Of a stretch of 64,000 nt of DNA, positions 25,401-37,400 are shown piece by piece. Each line of letters starts with the position of its first letter. Position 1 is the stretch's first letter. Origin of the DNA: Malacoraja senta (taxonomy: Eukaryota); NCBI GenBank assembly GCA_038087875.1, contig CM075986.1, positions 28,396,001 through 28,460,000 of the forward strand. Direction: 5' to 3'. Made by a program: the position numbers and the translations under genes. Below the pieces are notes generated by a model, which saw nothing but the letters and a program-made list of their open reading frames with translations, searched no databases and had not been told where the DNA came from.

Positions 25401-28400
25401 TTACCTAATTGTAGCTAATTACAAAATTCAATTACTAGATCTAAACATCTATCAATTTCTTAAGAATAGATTAACATTTTTAAATAGCCTAAGTGTCCAA
25501 ATAACATTCACACAAGAATTCACAATATAACATAATTTTTAAATCTCATTGTCATGGATTTACAGGCCAAATGGAAGGAATTTAATGTTTAATACCTGTA
25601 AATTAATGGCCATTTAAATCATTTTGCGAGTGAGGTTTTCTGGAACGCGATCATTTGGAACGTTGATTTGCGGTGAATTTAACCCCGTATCGGCATGAAA
25701 GATTCTGCCGTTAGTTCGGGGAAAAGAATCACCGTTTCGCATTAAAAAATATGAATTAAAGGCTTCTTAAGAAGCACTTTTATACATTAAAACTTCTGTT
25801 TACCTGTCCCGTGTGTGAAATCCGTCCCCGTTGTCGGCGTTGACGGCTTTCGAAGCTGATTTAAAAATAACTCCAGCGCTGACATTGTCGATTAAATAAA
25901 AATAAAAAATACACAAAGCCCCCGTAGGAACGATTTTTCAGCAAATGCTTGTACTCCAACGAAATATAATACAGGACAAGGTAGGAGAAACCCACGTTTT
26001 AACCCCGCCCCCCCCTTAAAGGCGCCGAAATCGCGCACACGGCCAGTGGCAGAATTGCAGCGCCGCTGAAGGTAAGTATTGTAACATACCTACTGTGTTT
26101 CTTAAATTTTCAAGATATGAACCTATTTAAAACCGGCTCCAAGTACCTTTAACACCGTAAATATATCAATGTTCACCTGCACATCTGCTGTTACTGGTTT
26201 TTGACTCCGTTAAAATGAGCTATAATTATGACTGAGGATTTGGTCGAGACAGCATCACAACAGCAGAGAGCGCTGTTGGTGCATGTTCTGCAGGGTTTGA
26301 ATACATAGCAACAGCATATTAACTGACTACAAGATTCTTATTCAAACCCTCCTACAATTACCTTACCAGGCAACACATTTATTCATCATCTGCAACCACT
26401 TCATAGTTAGTGCTGCATTGGAGCTGAGCCAATATTAGAGAATGTGGACAGACACAAATGGTGGAGTAACTCAGTGTGACACGCTGAGTCAGCATCTCTG
26501 GAGAAACGGAATGGGTGACGTTTTGGCACAAAACCCTTCTTCAGACTGAGCGAGTTTCTACCTGAAATGTCACCTATTCCTTTTCTCCAGAGATGCTGCC
26601 TGCCTGACTGTGAGAAAGGGGTTAATAGGTAAAGTTGATTTAAACTAAGGACCCTGAGAAATAGCTGAGAGTAGACGAGCTCTCCGCACGAACACCCGAC
26701 AGCGCTCGACTAGATAATAACCGAAAGAACAACTGGTGACATTTCAAGGATGAGAAAAAGGAGATAGCAACAGTCCGGAAAGAACTGGGGTAAAGGGCAT
26801 GAACAACTCTCTAGTGCGCATGGGTAATGAGACAAATGAATATTGCAAACACGCCCATCATGACAAGATGTCTCATTTAAATGCACATGCGATGTATGAT
26901 GTGGAGGCACCAGGGGCGGGACCGGTAGAGTGTGCATCTCAGTGCTCTGATTTGAAAGGAGCCCGAAGGGGAGGAATAAATGTAACAAATGTAAAATGAT
27001 ATGAATAAAAGAGAGTGACTTCCCGACCTCGGTGTGTCTCGACAGGGGAGGCACCCGAATCTGCAGACTTGCTAATAAATAAACTTGTTTCTCTAATTTC
27101 TCTAGCATCGTGATTGTGAGCACTCACTTTTTAAACCTCACAAGCCTGGGGACTCGTCTTGGGATCGCCACTCCGGCCAGCTGGCGGCGGTATACGGGAG
27201 AAGGGACGGTGCACCCCGCTGATTCAGCGGCCCTGGACCCCTTGCTTGCCGTCAGCGGTTTGAGCGAGTGATATCCCAGACCAGAAATTAGAGAAACAAG
27301 TGGGAGTAGTTGGAAATCGCGAGGAGCCAAATCGAGTGATTCTTGTGCACAGGACCCGGGTAAGAAAACGACTATTAAGTACTACTCGGGCGATTAAATA
27401 GATCGGAGGGAAATTCCAATCGGAGGATGGGCAATGAAAACAGAAAGCCCAAAAGGGAGGGGAAGGGCGGTAAGCCCGACCCCCGCATTCTGCCTGATAG
27501 TCCGTTGGGGCGAATGCTGAGCCTCTGGGGGCAAGGAAATACCCAGGGATTTTATATATGTGATAATTATTTTGTTTACTGTATTTGTAGATCACATTGT
27601 AAGAGTAAGTAAGTAAGTAAGTTTTATTAGAATCAAAAATGTCCACTGTAGGTAGGTGTATGTTCCTTTAAATAAATTAGGTCATGGTGAAAGGCGAGGA
27701 ACAGCTGTAAGATAACGATTAATTGTTTGTATCCTCGTAACCTAGAAGGGGAAGTTGTAAAATCAGCTTTTGGTTTTTCTGATGTTCTTTTAGATTTCTA
27801 GTCAGTAAAGTTAATTTGGAAAATTGTTACTAGTGCTAGGAATTGGACATTTAAAATAGTGGTGAATATGGATTGAAATAATTGGAAATAAGTTAATTGG
27901 TAGACATTCAAGTTTAGAAAGAAAGGAGAGAGAGAGGCAGTTAGGAGATAACAGAAGTAGAAAAACGACAGGCGTGAAAGTAATAAAGCAGGAGGAGTCA
28001 GTGGAAGATTTAAAAAAGAAAGGTGAATGAATTTGCAAGGAGGCTAGAATATTTGAGAAGCAAGAAATTGAGTTTAGAAAAAGAAAGAAGGCATACCAGA
28101 AAGGAAGCATAGGGATGAGACTGTGGGAAGCATAGGGATGAAACTGCTTTAAAGAGAAAAGAGAAGGACAGACACGGATTATCCCTTGGGGGCACCCATA
28201 AACTGAGAGGGCTAAAAAATACCTCGCCCTATATCCCTGATGGGGGAGGAAATGGATTAGGGCTTTGGAGGAGGAGAACGTGGGACGATTATTGACCATG
28301 GAAGATTTGAAGGCACTGTTGGTAAAAGTGATAGGAACCACTAAAGTGACAGAACTACTGAAGATGGATGGTATAAACTGATGCGAACAATGTAATAAGC

Positions 28401-31400
28401 AATGGCATACTGTTTGACAGTCAGGCAGAGGGTATGGCAGGCCCTCAGACAATGTAATCCAGCAGCCTATCTGGAAAACCAGCTGAAAAGGTGGAGAGTT
28501 GATTGATGAACATTATATTATGAACTACTGTGGTGGATGTCATTCTTCTTAAAGTCAAGCAGATTGGAGAAGGTGGTGAGATTGTCATTAATTTCCCACC
28601 CCTGATTCAGCGAACAGTTGGTCTCTGCGGTCGAGAAATATCGCAAAGATATGAAAAAGACTTGCAAACCAGCAGGAGGAGCTGTTGTCAATAAACAATG
28701 GACCTGGTTGAAAAGACAAGTGAGTCCTTTGACGGAACCAAGCAGGGCTAGAGAATTACATGCCAATAATGAATGTCTTTGGGGAACGTTTCCTCAAAAA
28801 GTCCTATCAGGAGTGAAATTAATCTGGATATAAGCCCTAACAGGACTGGGGTCCCCAAGAGAGAAAAGGATTTAAAGGAGGATTTGTTGGTATTGTTGCA
28901 TAAGTGAAAAGTGATGTAAGAGAGAGAGAGAAATAATAATAATAATTTAAAAAAAAATACTTCAGAATGTAGGACAGAGGATGATAACCTTGGGAAAAGG
29001 CAGGATATAGTTCAGACTAGATTAGGTATAAGCCCTGTAGTGTCGTTTATGATGAATAAGGTAATTAAGAGGTTTGGTAGACCTACAGAAATCAGCTTTG
29101 ACAACGGATTGATTTCATTTAGGGAGTAGCCAAGTTGGTGATAGAGACCCTTAGAGTAAAATACACATTTGGGTATGTAACACCTACAGTCACAGGCATG
29201 GTGGAAAGAATAAATGGAACATTGAAGGTTAATATAAATAAGATTTGTTTAATTACAAAGTTGAATTGGATCGATGCCCTGCCATTGGCACTGAAGAGAT
29301 GTTGCATGCAAACTAACCGAGCTGGTGGCACAATGGAGAGGTCCCTACAAGAGACCGAGTTTGGAACAGTTAAAGATAGAATTTTAAAAGTATATGAAAC
29401 AGTTAATTATGATATACAAGTCTATTTATGAACAGGTAACGTAAAAGCTGTTGGAGGTGGACCAGGAGGAAGGACCCTTTAAACCTGAAGACAAGGTGTA
29501 TGTATGAGTTTACTAAACTACCGACCGATGTTCAGGTAGAAGGTTGATATACCTGGTACCATTTCAATAATTACATGAGGGCTGTCCTGCAGGTATGAAT
29601 AGATAATAGCCCTGAGGTAAGTGAACAGGAGGACAAAGATGTGAGAAAAGAGTAGAGTTTTAACAAGAACGTTGTTTGACATCAGTGGTGGGCAAAATAA
29701 TGGAAAGGATACTTAAGACAATATATAAGAATTTGGATAAATAGGGTAGGATTAGGAAGAATTAGCATGGATTTGTGATTGTGATGTTTGACTAATCTTG
29801 AATTTTTTGAAAAGGTTATTTGACAAGGTTCAATAAGGAAATAAGGTTGGTTAAGAAGGGTTAGTAAGGAATAGCAAGATGGATTAAAAAGTGGCTGTAT
29901 GGGAGATGTCAGAGAGCAATGGTGGATGGATGTTTGTCAGGTTGGAGGTCAGTGACTAGAGGGGTACCTCGGGGATGTGTGTTGGGTCCACTGTTGTTTT
30001 TCATGTGAATCAATAATCTGGATGTTGGTGTGGTAAAATAGATTAATAAGTATGTAGATGATACTAAGATAGGTGGTGTTGTGAATAAAGAAGTAGATTT
30101 TAAAAGTGTACAGAGAGATTTGGGTCATTTGGAAGAGTGGGTTGAAACATGACAGATGGGTTTAATGTTGATAAGTGTGAGGTAATACATCTTGGCAGGA
30201 CAAATCAAAATTGGACGTACATGGTAAATGATTGTGAATTGAGGAATGAAGTTGAACAGAGGGATAAGGGGGAAATCCTTTAAAACCGAGATGAGAAGAA
30301 CTTTTTTCACACAGAGAGTAGTGAATCTCTGGAACTCTCTGCCACAGAGGGTAGTCGAGGCCAGTTCATTGGCTATATTTAAGAGGGAGCTAGATGTGGC
30401 CCTTGTGGCTAAAGGGATCAGAGGGTATGGAGAGAAGGCAGGTACGGGATACTGAGTTGGATGATCAGCCATGATCATATTGAATGGCGGTGCAGGCTCG
30501 AAGGGCCGAATGGCCTACTCCTGCACCTAATTTCTATGTTTCTATGTTTCTATGATCTAGGAATAACTGTGCATAGTTCCCTGAAGGTGGAATCTCATGT
30601 AGATAGGATGGTAAAAAAAGATTTTGGTGTGTTGGCCTTTATAAATCAGAGCATTGTGTATAGAAGTTGAGTTGTAATATTAAATTGTACAGGTATTGGT
30701 GAGGTCAATTGTGGAGTATGGTGTATAATTTTGGTAGGCATAATTATAGGAAAAAGGTCAACAAAATAGAGAGAGTACAGAGGAGATCAATTAGAATGTT
30801 GACTGGGTTTCAGCAACTAAGACACAGAGAAACGTTGAACAAGTTAGGTCTTTATTATTTAGGAAAGATAGAAGGGGTCCCAACAAATACAAGGGAATGA
30901 TGTATTCCTAAGGAACTATTTACTGGCAGTATCTCGTTCTATTACATAATTAAAAACCAAGGGGCTGCTGGCACAGAGTTCCCATCTCGACTTTCCAATC
31001 CATTCTGTAAAAGTGAGGGACTGGGATCTTGTAACATCATGGAAGGAAGAAAAGTTGCAACCCCGTTGGACTGGTCCATATTTGGTATTATTAACCACCG
31101 AGACAGCAGTACGAACAAAAGAAAAAGGGTGGACACATGCAAGCCGATTTAAAGGTCCTGTGGAGGCCCCATCAGACAATATCAGCCCGTGGACTGTGCG
31201 CGAAGGGAAGGAACCATTGACTTTGGTATTCACCAAGACCCCACACGGAAAATGAAGACTTCGTGCTGGTGGATCGTGTGTTGGGTGGTTACCCAACTCA
31301 TGAGTTGTATAAAAATGACAATACCACAGAATAGAAAGTCCACCACCATCCCATTTAATGTATGTAAAGGAAAATGGTGGTGTGGCTATAGGATGTATGT

Positions 31401-34400
31401 ATGCACCCATCCCTGTAAAAATTGGCACGCGGTGTTCACTTCATCAAGAGATGGGTGGCATCAGCCCACCTATCAAACTGGGAGGTGGAGAGTATATCAA
31501 AACCCAAATGAGGGATTGCCAGGACGCCGCCATCATGGCCTTTAGAACACAGTATGACCAGCGAGAGGAAGATAGGGAGGTGAAGATTCTGCTGTTAGCA
31601 CTAGAAAAGGAGGAAATAGTATAAATCAAAGTAGCGTAGCAAAAGAAAAAGGGTGGATTGTGAGAAAGGGGTTAATAGGTAAAGTTGATTTAAACTAAGG
31701 ACCCTGAGAAATAGCTGAGAGTAGATGAGCTCTCCGCACGAACACCCAACAGCGCTCGACTAGATAATAGCCGAAAGAACAACTGGTGACATTTCAAGGA
31801 TGAGAAAAAGGAGATAGCAACAGTCTGGAAAGAACTGGGGTAAAGGGCATGAACAACTCTCTAGTGCGCATGGGTAATGAGACAAATGAATATTGCAAAC
31901 ACGCCCATCATGACAAGATGTCTCATTTAGATGCACATGCGATGTATGATGTGGGGGCACCAGGGGCGGTACTGGTAGAGTGTGCACCTCAGTGCTCTGA
32001 TTTGAAAGGAGCCAGAAGGGGAGGAATAAATGTAACAAATGTAAAATGATATGAATAAAAGAGAGTGGCTTCCCGACCTCGGTGTGTCTCGACAGGGGAG
32101 GCACCCGCCTCTGCAGACTTGCTAATAAATAAACTTGTTTCTCTAATTTCTCTAGCATCATGATTGTGAGCACTCACTTTTTGAACCTCACACTGACCCA
32201 CTGAGTTACTCCAGCATTTGGTGTAAACCATCATCTGCAGTTCCTTCCAACACATTAAGTTCCTAGCACTTCCATCTGACAATAGACAATAGATGCAGGA
32301 GTAGGCCATTCAGCCCTTTGAGCCAGCACCGCCATTCAATGTGATCATAGCTGATCATCCACAATCAGTACCCCATTCCTGCCTTCTCCCCATATCTATC
32401 TAACTCTCTCTTGAAAGCATCCAGAGAACCGGCGTCCTCTGAGGCAGAGAATTCCACAGATTCACAACTCTCTGTGTGAAAAAGTATTTCCTCATCTCTG
32501 TTCTAAATGGCTTACCCCTTATTCTTAAACTGTGGCCCTGGTTCTGGACTTCCCCAACATCGGGAACATGTTTCCTGCCTCTAGCGTGTCCAAACCATTA
32601 ATAATCTTACATGTTTCAATAAGATTCCCTCTCATCCTTCTAAATTCCAGAGTATACAAGCCCAGCCGCTCCATTCTATCAACATATGACAGTCCCGCCA
32701 TCCTGGAAATTAACCACAGCCTGACATAAAAACAGCTTTTTTCTACGAGTAGTAGCTCTACTCAATAACCAAAAGTCTATCGCCTCCTTTTGCTCTGTTA
32801 TTTTATTTCATTCACATGTTTAAACTATAATGTTTTATTCTTAATGTTTTATGTTTTATTCTTAATTGTTTACTGTATGTCGTGTTGTTACTTGCGAGCG
32901 GAGCACCAAAGCAAATTCCTTGTATGTGAATACTTGGCCAATAAACTTATTCATTCATTCATTTTGTCTGCTCCACTCAGAGAATGAGGTGTTGAATAAC
33001 CTCTTCAATTGCCCGTGATATTCGGATGCATTGTAACTAGAGGGCAAGTGGTGTTCTTAGCCCAAATTAATGGCCAATTGTCCATTCAGTTCCCTAAGGG
33101 ACCCCAGACAGAGGAAGAACTTTGAACAGAAAATTAAAGGTATCAGCCTTACTTTTGGAATGGAGTTTATTGAGGAAGGTCTCCAAGCTATCCAAAGTAG
33201 CATCACTCTCCAGGGGCACATCAGAACGACTTGTAATCTCTGTAAAGTAGAGTATATAGCGTCAACAATCCAAGGGAGCATTAGGATCAAGAAATGTATC
33301 TTCAATTGAAGTATCAAACACAACGATGTTCCACAGGCATATTGTACTTTACCCTCTGACAGTCATTCCATTGAATTCATTAGAAGTGAACCCGAGTGGC
33401 AGAAGACAACATGCCAACACTGCAATATACATGAGCAAAACAGGATGCTGCAGGAAATCAGCAGGTCAGACAGCATCTGTGGAGTGAATGGACAGATGAT
33501 ACTTTGGGTCAGAGCCTTTCTTCAGACTGTCTGAACAGGTTCCCAAACCGAACATCACTCGTTCATTCCCTCCATAGATGCTACCTGACCCACAGAGTTC
33601 CTCCAGCACTTTGTGTTTTACTCAAGATTCCAGCATTTGCACTCTCTCGAGTCTCCATTTTATTACAATGGTCATGTCTACAACTGAACCACTCCTCCAG
33701 ATTCTGAAAAATGAAAATTACATTTTGGTTCACCAATATAAAGTCCAGATACTTGATTATCCCTCGAAAAGAACGTGGTCCTAAATGTTTTCACACAGAC
33801 ATCTCGGGGAAATGAATTTCTGACTTATTTAGTCTGTGTAAAAATGGAATGGAATCTTATATCTTTCCATTTTATTTTCAGTTCAACTCTTTGGTCTCCT
33901 TCGTTATATACTGAGGTATAACTTGCCCAGATTGAGCTAATAAAAGGAATGGGATAATGTTAATATTCAGGACAAATTGTGTTTGTGTGCGAGGGGTGGG
34001 AAGGAAGGAATGAAAATTGGTGATATTGTAAGCAGGGTGAGAGTTTGGCAATGGAGGTCATTCAACTCAGGCACTGGGCTGTCTGTGAGGAAAGCCCTTG
34101 GTCACTATCAAGAAGATGGTGGCTCACTGCTTACATTAAAGGTCTGGCAAACCAACACGTCATACCCATACTGAGCTGCCCCTGAGATAGTGGTGCTGAG
34201 CCCTGCACTCGTTCCAGATTCCATGACTTTCCTGCTTTAACCATGGATTTGTGGGTTTCCAAGATGGCCTGGACTTTGTTAACAAAAGTACTGAATAAAA
34301 TGCGGCAGAAAGTCATACAATTAACCGGCAATTTGTTTGCCGGGACATGGCACTGATCCCACAGTGTCAACAGTAGTTTGGTTTAGTTCAGTTTAGAGAT

Positions 34401-37400
34401 ACAGCATGGAAACAAGCCCTTCGGCCCACTGAGTCCACACCAACCAGCGATCCCCACACACTTACAGTATCCTACATAATAGGGAAAATTTAGCAAGCCA
34501 ATTAACCTACAAACCTGAAGGTACACAAAAATGCTGGAGAAACACAGCGGGTGCAGCAGCATCTATGGAGCGAAGGAAATAGGCAACGTTTCGGGCCGAA
34601 ACCCTTCTTCAGACTCCATAGATGCTGCTGCACCCGCTGAGTTTCTCCAGCATTTTTGTGTACCTTCGATTTCCCAGCATCTGCAGTTCCTTCTTTAACA
34701 CAACCTACAAACCTGTATCTCTTTGGCCTTCATAACAAGAGGAGTTGAGTATAGGAGCAAAGAGGTCCTGCAGTTGTACAGGGCCCTGGTGAGACCACAC
34801 CTGGAGTATTATGTGCAGTTTTGGTCTCCAAATTTGAGGAAGGACATTCTTGCTATTGAGGGAGTGCAGCATAGGTTCACGAGATTAATACCCGGGATGG
34901 CGGGACTGTATATTTAATCAAAATATGCTAATCGCTTCCCTTGACATGGGACAGGCAAAGACCCTCCACTGATACTACCTGTTCTGGATCACATAAAGGC
35001 ACAAGCAACACAAATAAGCTTATTCGCAATTAGCTGCATCCAATCTTGCAGTCTAACCTAAATGGCATGGCTTTAGACTCTAGACTTTAGAGATACTGAG
35101 CGAAGACAAGGCCCCTTGGTTCACCATGTCTACGCCAACCAGCAATCACCACATTCACTATCACTATCCTACACAGTAGGGACAAGTTACAATTTACCGA
35201 AGCCAATTAACCCTCAAACCTGCACGCCTTTGGAGTGTGGGAGGAAACCAGAGCACCCGGAGAAAACCAATGGGATAACAGGGAGAACGTACAAACTCTG
35301 TACAGACAGCATCCATAGTCAGGATCAAACCTAGGTCTCTGGCGCTGTAAGGCAGCAAATCTGCCACTGCACCACTGGGCCGCCCAAAAATGTTTCATCT
35401 TTCAATGTTTAGATATGTTTAAAATCTATCCTCCAGCTATGAATGTGCTCCTGAATTTACTTCATCAGATCCTTTGCCAGACAGGAAGTGACTTTCTCAC
35501 TGGTTATTGAGCAAGTGTCAGGCCACATGAAATTAACCCCATGTAGAAAAGCTTCATCTCCAGTTACGCTATCTGCAAGTTGGAATACATTACTCCCACC
35601 CTTCCGTCAAATTGTTTGCAAGTGTTAGTCTGTAACATAACCAATTCATCCGATATCCATTCCTAGGCTTTCATGGTGGCTTTCCCGGCTCATTAGATCT
35701 GCCTGCCTATCCTCACCCCATTCCCAACTTCCACGCAGGACAGACCTTCAACTAGGACAAGTTCCAGCAAGTATGAATAACTGGAGTCATGATACAGGAT
35801 GAACAAGCTTAAACAGAACCTATTGCTGTGTGGACAACTACAAAAATGTCATTTATGTGGATCGCTGGGATAACAAATTAATAAATTATATAAATCAAAA
35901 TATCTCTAAAAGTCCAAATTCTAAAATAAAACAATGCGAGCTGAAAATACAGAGCATAGAAGCATGAAGAAGGGTCTTGACCTGAAACATCACCCATTCC
36001 TTCTCTCCAGAGATGCTGCCTGTCCCACTGAGTTACTCCAACATTTCGTGTCTATCTTCGGTTTAAACCAGCATCTGCAGTTCCTTCTTGCACATGAAGG
36101 ATTTGTTGGTGGGATGAGATAATTGTGGGTGAGCAGAGGTTGTGGTGCATGGGTACATGAGCAGGTTGTTGGACCAAATGTGCTGTTAACAGCTGTGAAC
36201 TCAGGCAGGCCCTTGCCCTCGGTGGCTCATGCTAAAGGCAATGGATCCTAATGTTTGGTAGAAGAGGCTGGCATGGCCGTGCCAATACCTCTGCTTAACT
36301 TGATTGGTCGCAGATGCATTTCTGCCCAGCAAACTCTACTGGATTGTAATTAGATGTATGTGGGATTGGAATTGTATTTTGTGCTGGACTAAAGGATGAT
36401 TCATGACCAACATAGCAGCAAGGGAATTTTCAATAAGGTTACGATCTATTAAACTAATAAACCAGAGGGGCCTGAGGGTGACTTGGTCTAGGGGAGGTCC
36501 ATCATGAACCAGAATCTCACTCCAAGTTTAATCCTGGAGTGGAGACTGGAGGTCTGACTCTGAATTCATGCTGCTATCCACCAGGTGGGGAAGGTCTTGT
36601 GCTTCATCCTATGGCCATGGGAACTGGCAACGGCCTTCAGCCACACTGGGACAATCAGACATCATTCAGTTTGACAGTGATTCTTGCCATGCATGGAGTA
36701 TTTCAATGGCATTTCAATGGTTTCTATTGTCACGTGTACCAGGTAGACTGAAATACAATGTTTTGCATACAGCTCAGCAAAAGTATCTCTCCAGTCAGTA
36801 AAGTATGCACAGAACAGCCTACCGAGTCCGTATGCTCCAGTCAAGAGTATTTGATTGTCATATATACCAATAATGGAACAACACCATCTTTACTTGCAGT
36901 AGCTAACAAGCCCATAAACGCAATGTGCACAGATAAATATAACAATTACAATTTCAATAAATTAATAACTATACTAGTGCAAACAAAAAGTCCATAGTGC
37001 AACCAAATACACAGCGCATAGAAGTTCATATGTGCTGAAGTTAGTGTTGTGTAGTGTTCAATAGCCTGATGGTTGCTGGGAAGGAACCAAAGCCAGCAGC
37101 ATAATCAAGGACCAGTCCCACTTCCTCTTCTCCCCTCTCCCATCAGGCAAGAGATACAGAAGTTTGAAAACCCTTACCTCCAGATTCAGGAACAGTTTCT
37201 TCCCAGCTGTTATCAGGCAACTGAGTGGTCCTCTCACCAACTAGAACGGATTCCTGACCTCCCATCAACCACATTGGAGATCTTTGAACTATCTAATGGG
37301 CCATTGAACTTCAATGATATATCTTTGCACTAAATGTTATCCCCATTGTCCTTTACTCATGAACTGTGGATGGCTTGATGGTCTTCATGTATAATCTGTT

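Larger units (their letters stand above)
26609..32192 (+). mobile_element. Non-autonomous endogenous retrovirus (class I, HERV-I-like), antisense to the host gene
   Basis: Two 534-bp LTRs TGTGAG...CTCACA; 5-bp TSD CTGAC (26604-26608, 32193-32197); PBS; PPT; gag/int/env remnants. Inserted into a Penelope-derived palindrome. Confidence 0.95.

Noticed and set aside
26710-27123. 137-aa ORF duplicated at 31760-32173
   Set aside because: Antisense frame within the LTRs; duplication reflects LTR identity; no recognisable protein.
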